Source: Oligoflexales bacterium
Lineage (GTDB): Bacteria > Bdellovibrionota_B > Oligoflexia > Oligoflexales > RGVZ01
DNA length: 64,000 nt
Reading direction: 5' to 3'
Assembly: GCA_044236265.1 (NCBI GenBank)
Contig: JBIIGV010000001.1
Coordinates: 18,509-82,508 of the forward strand
Part shown: positions 59,236 to 64,000 of the stretch, piece by piece
Position numbering within the stretch: position 1 is the first letter of the stretch
Layout of the letters: each line of letters begins with the position of its first letter
Notes under the pieces: generated by a model
Databases searched by the model: none
The model's input: the letters and a program-made list of their open reading frames with translations, nothing else
Told to the model about the DNA's origin: nothing
Translations under genes and position numbers: made by a program

Positions 59236-60617
59236 GTGGTATCTTCTCTTTGGCGTTAAAGTCTCTCTGGCATCGTCGTGTCGCCACTGTGTTGACCATT
59301 GTTTCCATTTCTTTGAGTGTGTCGCTTTTTGTTGGGGTGGGCAGAACCAAAGAGGCCACCCGCGACGCTTTTAGCGGCGCAATTAGTCGCGTTGACCTAA
59401 TTGTGGGACCTAGGTCGGGCACACTGTCACTTCTTCTTTACTCGGTTTTCCATGTGGGCTCGCCCACGCACAGCGTATCGATGAAGGCCGTAGAGTTTGC
59501 AAAAAACCAGCCGGAGGTTGATTGGGTCGTTCCTTTTAGTATGGGTGATGGCTTTAAGGGGTTTCCTGTCGTTGGGACCACAGCCGAGCTTTTTGAGCGC
59601 TACAAGTATCGTGATGGCAATGCCATAAGGTTTGCGGCAGGTCAGGCCTTTCAAAAAGACGATGAAGCCACGATTGGCTCTGATGTTGCTCGGTCTTTAG
59701 GCCTCACCATGGGTGCAAAAATTGTGCTTAGCCATGGTCATACTGAGGACGGGGATGGATTTGAAAAGCACGAAGACCATCCGTTTTCTGTGGTCGGTGT
59801 TTTGGAACCAACAGGTACGCCGCTTGATCGATCGGTTTTTGTCTCACTTGTTGGAATGGCAGAAATACATAGAGAGCTTATCGCGGAATCCTCCCACGAT
59901 CATGAAGACGAGCATCCTGTCGCCACAAGAGAAAAAAAAGATCTGAAGGGTCACGAACACCATGACCATGCTGACGATCATGGCGATAGTCATGATGACA
60001 GTCATGATGACGATCATAAACATGCAGACTCAAGTTTTAAGATGGATGGCGGCAAACTAAAAGTAACAGCAGTCAGTGGATTTTTTCTTGGTGCCAAAAA
60101 TCGCATGGAGTCTCTCAACCTTCAGCGAAAACTCAATACTTGGGAAGGTGATGCGCTCCTTGCTATCCTACCCGGCATGGCCATGGCAGAGCTGTGGAAA
60201 AACCTCTCTATTTTTGAGACGGCCCTTTCAATTGTAAGCTTTTGCGTGGTGATCGCCGGAATGCTTGGTCTCTTTGTTTCGCTTTATATCGCTAGTGGCT
60301 ATCGTAGGCGTGAGATGATGATTCTGCGAGCTGTGGGGGCAAGTCCTCTGACTATTTTTTCCATGCTTGCAGGAGAGGCTGTATTTCTTGTGCTGGCAGG
60401 TATCTTTTGCGGTGCCGGGCTTATGTACGCAGGACTAGCAATGCTTGCCCCTTGGATTGAGCGAAAGTTTTCAGTTGCAGTTGGACTTGTTCGTTTTTCG
60501 ACCGAAGATTTTTGGTTTGCTTTCGCTATGGTGATTGTCGGTTGCGTGGCAGGTGTGCTAGCGTCTATCAATGCTTACCGTTCTGCCATGCATGATGGTC
60601 TAGGTACTCGGTTTTAA
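59232..60617 (+). CDS. MacB/FtsX-type ABC permease (ZrgC-like) with a His-rich insert
   Basis: DLIVGPRSG, LLLYSVFHVG, SMGDGFKGFPVVGT, VGVLEPTGTPLDR, RRREMMILRAVGA. Confidence 0.88.
   Translation: MSGIFSLALKSLWHRRVATVLTIVSISLSVSLFVGVGRTKEATRDAFSGAISRVDLIVGPRSGTLSLLLYSVFHVGSPTHSVSMKAVEFAKNQPEVDWVVPFSMGDGFKGFPVVGTTAELFERYKYRDGNAIRFAAGQAFQKDDEATIGSDVARSLGLTMGAKIVLSHGHTEDGDGFEKHEDHPFSVVGVLEPTGTPLDRSVFVSLVGMAEIHRELIAESSHDHEDEHPVATREKKDLKGHEHHDHADDHGDSHDDSHDDDHKHADSSFKMDGGKLKVTAVSGFFLGAKNRMESLNLQRKLNTWEGDALLAILPGMAMAELWKNLSIFETALSIVSFCVVIAGMLGLFVSLYIASGYRRREMMILRAVGASPLTIFSMLAGEAVFLVLAGIFCGAGLMYAGLAMLAPWIERKFSVAVGLVRFSTEDFWFAFAMVIVGCVAGVLASINAYRSAMHDGLGTRF
59964..60011 (+). repeat. 12-bp tandem repeat encoding the His/Asp tract
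   Basis: AGTCATGATGAC exact twice (59988-60011) plus two degenerate units upstream. Confidence 0.75.
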
Positions 60618-60635
60618 GAGTTAAGTGATGGAAGG

Positions 60636-61157
60636 ATGCGCGCCGTGAATGATGCCTCAAGTAAGGACTTACTAAAAGATCCTTCGGCCATGCCCATGTC
60701 GCGCAAGATCATTCTTGGTTTATTGTTTGCGCTCCCTGTGGTCGCTGTCATTATCTACGGTGTTTCGGTTGGCAGCAAAAGGGGAACCACCGGCTTAAAG
60801 GTCGTCGACTGGGGGATGTACCGTCAGTATGACCCGGCCACTTCGGCAATGCCACCAGACCTGCAGGTATTGGATGGCCAGAAGATCCGCTCTCCTGGGT
60901 TTATGGTTCCCTTAGAAGACAATCGGGCGGAAGTGACCGAGTTTTTGTTGGTGCCCAACCCTCAGGCTTGCATTCATGCCCCCCCTCCTCCGTCCAATCA
61001 GATGGTGTATGTGCGCATGGTGGCAGGCCCGGCGAAGACTCTTTTCGGTCCGGTGATGGTTGAGGGAACTCTGCGTGTGACCAGTCAAACTCACCAGTAT
61101 GGCACCGCAAGCTTCCAAATTTACGGGGAATTTGTCGAATCCTACCGACCCGACTGA
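60636..61157 (+). CDS. DUF3299 family protein (ZrgD-like)
   Basis: LDGQKIRSPGFMVPLE, EFLLVP, ACIHAPPPPSNQMV. Confidence 0.9.
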   Translation: MRAVNDASSKDLLKDPSAMPMSRKIILGLLFALPVVAVIIYGVSVGSKRGTTGLKVVDWGMYRQYDPATSAMPPDLQVLDGQKIRSPGFMVPLEDNRAEVTEFLLVPNPQACIHAPPPPSNQMVYVRMVAGPAKTLFGPVMVEGTLRVTSQTHQYGTASFQIYGEFVESYRPD

Positions 61158-61307
61158 GGTCAGGTTTCTCTCCATTTTAAATTTAAAGTGCCTTACTAAT
61201 AAGCTTCTCATCTTGATTGTGCTGAACTATACGTAAGTCATGGCTTTTTTTCCCTTGGTCGTGACTTGTAAACCCCGAGCACACGGTTTCAAGGAAGGAG
61301 TTTTGAA

Positions 61308-61985
61308 ATGAGGATTTTGGTTGTCGAAGATGACATGGTGATCGCAAATCTGCTTCAGCGCGCTCTGCGTGAGGAAAGCTACGCGGTTGATTTAGCCCAT
61401 GACGGAATTGAGGGTGAGTGGCTTGCCACGGAAAACCCCTATGATCTAGTCATTCTTGATGTGATGCTTCCGCGAAAAGACGGCATTTCTGCTCTGCAGT
61501 CCATGCGCGCTGCTGGAGTGAAGTCTCCCGTGTTGATGCTAACGGCTCGCGACGAGGTTAAAGATAAGATCACGGGCCTTGATGGCGGTGCTGATGACTA
61601 CATGACTAAGCCCTTTAGCCTAGATGAACTTCTTGCCCGCTGCCGCTCGCTGATGCGCCGCAGAACCACCGACTATGCGGGTGCGGTGATTGAGGTGGGT
61701 CATTTGAAAATTGATCCTGCTCGTAAGGAAGTTTCACGTGCTGGTCAGGTGATTGAATTGACCAGTAAGGAATATGCGTTGATCGAGTACCTTGGCCGTA
61801 ACGCTGGCAAGGTCGTGTCACGCTCCGAGCTAAGCGATCATGTTTGGGAAATGGACTTTGAGCCATCCAGCAACGTGGTTGACGTTTATGTTGGTTATTT
61901 ACGCTCAAAAATTGACAAGGGTTTTGACAACCCCATGCTTAAGACAGTTCGTGGTCACGGCTACATGCTGGAGCAACCAACTTAA
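61308..61985 (+). CDS. OmpR-family response regulator (CusR/CzcR-like)
   Basis: MRILVVEDD, LDVMLP, GADDYMTKPF, SNVVDVYVGYLRSKID. Confidence 0.93.
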   Translation: MRILVVEDDMVIANLLQRALREESYAVDLAHDGIEGEWLATENPYDLVILDVMLPRKDGISALQSMRAAGVKSPVLMLTARDEVKDKITGLDGGADDYMTKPFSLDELLARCRSLMRRRTTDYAGAVIEVGHLKIDPARKEVSRAGQVIELTSKEYALIEYLGRNAGKVVSRSELSDHVWEMDFEPSSNVVDVYVGYLRSKIDKGFDNPMLKTVRGHGYMLEQPT

Positions 61986-62009
61986 CCATTAGGTGTCTTT
62001 AACGTTGCT

Positions 62010-63470
62010 ATGTTGTCCTTGGATCTAACAAGAATAAAAAGACGTTTTGTCACAAAGTACGTGGCCCGCTTGCCGATCAGTGTTCGCCTTGCGTTTGGCC
62101 ACTGTATTTTGATGACGGTTCTTTTGCCCCTTGTCGGGTTTGGTATGTACAACCTGGTCAAACGAGATTTGCTTAAGTCCGTAGACGCAGCCCTTCTCGC
62201 GTCTGCAGAGTCCATGCGTGCCAGTAAATCTTCCGAAAACCTTGCGGTCGGTCTTGACCAGTTTTTGGATAATTTTTTGAGTGGCCGCGAGGTCAATGCC
62301 TACGCGCGCTTGGTTGACCTTAGTGGAAACGTCCGCAGCAAATCTGCACGCGATGACGTATCGCTGCCGATCACCAAGCTGGCGATGGCTCGAGCCGAAC
62401 AAGGACTTCACACCTTTGAAACATGGAATCGACAGGATAAGCCCCCCCTCAGGCAGCTTACGATGCCTGTGATGGTGGGAGGCATATTCAGTGGCACGCT
62501 GGTCCAGGTGGGAGCACCTCTGGATGCCACCTGGTCCACCCTGCGCGAGATTCGTAACGTGTTTTTTTTGGCGATACCAGCCATTCTCGCGGTTTCGATC
62601 TTAGCTGGATACATCATGGCTAGAAAGTCCTTGGCTCCGGTTGACGGCATGCGCAGAGCTGCAGATCGACTGTCAGCAACAGATCTTTCTCACAGGATTG
62701 AGGTGCCTAAGGTGCGTGATGAACTTTACGATCTCGCGTCAACCTTCAACCAGATGCTAAGCCGCCTCGAAGATGCCTTTGAACGCCAAAAGAGGTTTAA
62801 CAGTGACGTATCTCACGAATTAAGGACGCCTCTAACAGCCATTCGTGGTGAGACCGAACTAGCTCTCAGACGAAATCGAAGCCCCGAAGAATACCGCTCC
62901 GCTCTGGAAACCATCCAGCGTGAGTCGGTCAATATGGCTACGACAGTGGAAGATCTTCTTCTGCTTGCTCGTGCCGAGACCGGTGGTCTTCCCACCACAA
63001 AGGCAATGGTCGTGACTACCGACTTTCTTGAGGCCGTGGCTGGTAAGGCAGAACAACTTGGTAAGACGAAGCAGATTGAAGTTAAGGTTGTTGGAACATC
63101 AGCGCCATCAAAGTTTCTTGCGGCAGAAAATTACTTATCTTTGGCAATCGGTAACTTACTGTCTAATGCCGTCAAGCACTCTCCGGAGCGCGGTGTAGTG
63201 ACTCTCACCTGCAAGAAAAACGGTAAAGATGGCTTAACCTTCACTGTTGCAGATCAAGGAGAAGGTATTCCTCAAAAGCTTCTTGAAAAGATTTTCGACC
63301 CCTTCTTTCGAGTCGACACAGCCCGTAACAGGATTGCTGGCGGAGTGGGTATCGGCCTGTCCTTGGCCCGTGCCATGGCAAAGCTGCACGGAGGGGATGT
63401 CCACGCTGAAAACAACCAAGGCGGTGGAAGCCAGTTTCATCTGACGATTGCGCAAGCCTTGGCAACCTGA
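62010..63470 (+). CDS. HAMP-containing sensor histidine kinase (heavy-metal-sensor-like)
   Basis: Two TMs, HAMP, DVSHELRTPL, NLLSNAVKH, GVGIGLS. Confidence 0.92.
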   Translation: MLSLDLTRIKRRFVTKYVARLPISVRLAFGHCILMTVLLPLVGFGMYNLVKRDLLKSVDAALLASAESMRASKSSENLAVGLDQFLDNFLSGREVNAYARLVDLSGNVRSKSARDDVSLPITKLAMARAEQGLHTFETWNRQDKPPLRQLTMPVMVGGIFSGTLVQVGAPLDATWSTLREIRNVFFLAIPAILAVSILAGYIMARKSLAPVDGMRRAADRLSATDLSHRIEVPKVRDELYDLASTFNQMLSRLEDAFERQKRFNSDVSHELRTPLTAIRGETELALRRNRSPEEYRSALETIQRESVNMATTVEDLLLLARAETGGLPTTKAMVVTTDFLEAVAGKAEQLGKTKQIEVKVVGTSAPSKFLAAENYLSLAIGNLLSNAVKHSPERGVVTLTCKKNGKDGLTFTVADQGEGIPQKLLEKIFDPFFRVDTARNRIAGGVGIGLSLARAMAKLHGGDVHAENNQGGGSQFHLTIAQALAT

Positions 63471-63502
63471 GTATCTCGAATCAATTATCAACTCAAAGGA
63501 AA

Positions 63503-64000
63503 TTAAAGCACCACCGAAGCAAACGTCATCGCGTCAACCCGGTGGAAATCCAAGCCTGTTGATTTGGCGACTTTTTTAAATGACTTAAGTGACTCAGAGG
63601 ATAAGGGCTCCCAAGTCTCAAGCCACTCACTTACGGGTGCGTCGGTCATGGTTGTCAGGTCTTTAAAGGAGATCTTCTCAGGCGGGTGTGTTGGCAGAAT
63701 GTGCTCAGCCTCTGTTTTGTCTGCTTGTATGACTTTTGCTGGAGCGACTAATCCTAATTCGCGCAACAAACTAACGGCGTCATAACACCAAGCGTAGGGA
63801 AGCTTTAGTTCTTCAACTAACGAAGTGACATCGTGGCCTTTGCCCTGACGAAATCTTTCATAGATGGCAATCATGATCAGAGCAGGAAGCATGCCGCGAA
63901 TAGATCTATTGCGGTGTTCATCGAGAAGATTTTCTGTCATCTCGATCGTTTTTTCTTCTTTCATGGGAGGCCAACCATTTTGCCAACGCCAGGCTAACAA
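63503..64000 (-). CDS. C-terminal part of a probable YihY/BrkB-family membrane protein with a wHTH tail (5'-truncated)
   Basis: LAWRWQN end of TM segment followed by an HTH-like region (SLVEELKLP...LRELGLV); runs off the window. Confidence 0.5.
   Translation of the reverse strand: MLAWRWQNGWPPMKEEKTIEMTENLLDEHRNRSIRGMLPALIMIAIYERFRQGKGHDVTSLVEELKLPYAWCYDAVSLLRELGLVAPAKVIQADKTEAEHILPTHPPEKISFKDLTTMTDAPVSEWLETWEPLSSESLKSFKKVAKSTGLDFHRVDAMTFASVVL

Noticed and set aside
1..64000. CRISPR arrays, tRNA/rRNA, IS elements, prophage or recognisable defence genes
   Set aside because: None recognised; intergenic gaps are short and lack repeat-spacer structure

Overview
Chromosomal, gene-dense window from a flagellated Gram-negative bacterium. 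Gene content and style suggest Bdellovibrionota/Oligoflexia, but that is an inference. I found no rRNA, tRNA, CRISPR array, integrase or transposase. In order: acyltransferase plus SprT/DUF2786 protein; orphan lipoproteins; nusB-linked two-component system and dapF; an acpP-rpiB-glyA-nrdR-ribE...ribB-ribH-nusB cluster interrupted by TolC-MacA-MacB and lacking fabF, ribD and an intact ribA; a FadL-like barrel and lpxH; a lipoprotein with three Cys-rich repeats; prkA-yeaH-spoVR plus a FlgT/CsgG-like exported protein; prfB with its +1 frameshift; flbD-motA-motB-TPR; an MCP; a 1448-aa S8 protease with six Ig-like repeats; a ChaN-like protein; a sigma54-driven stand-alone AraC; glpK; fmt-purN-ispA; a sigma54 flagellar operon (TPR, REC-less activator, flgBC, fliEF, no fliG, long fliH, fliIJ, motE); a sigma28-driven PilZ gene ahead of a Zrg-like ABC/DUF3299 unit; a heavy-metal-type two-component system; and a partial YihY gene. 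Best candidates for new biology: a PflA/PflB/FlgY-like motor scaffold, a shared post-lipobox motif in orphan lipoproteins, an exporter inside the riboflavin cluster, the PilZ-ABC coupling hairpin, and a kinase that needs a non-canonical start. All calls come from motif recognition by eye; no searches were run.
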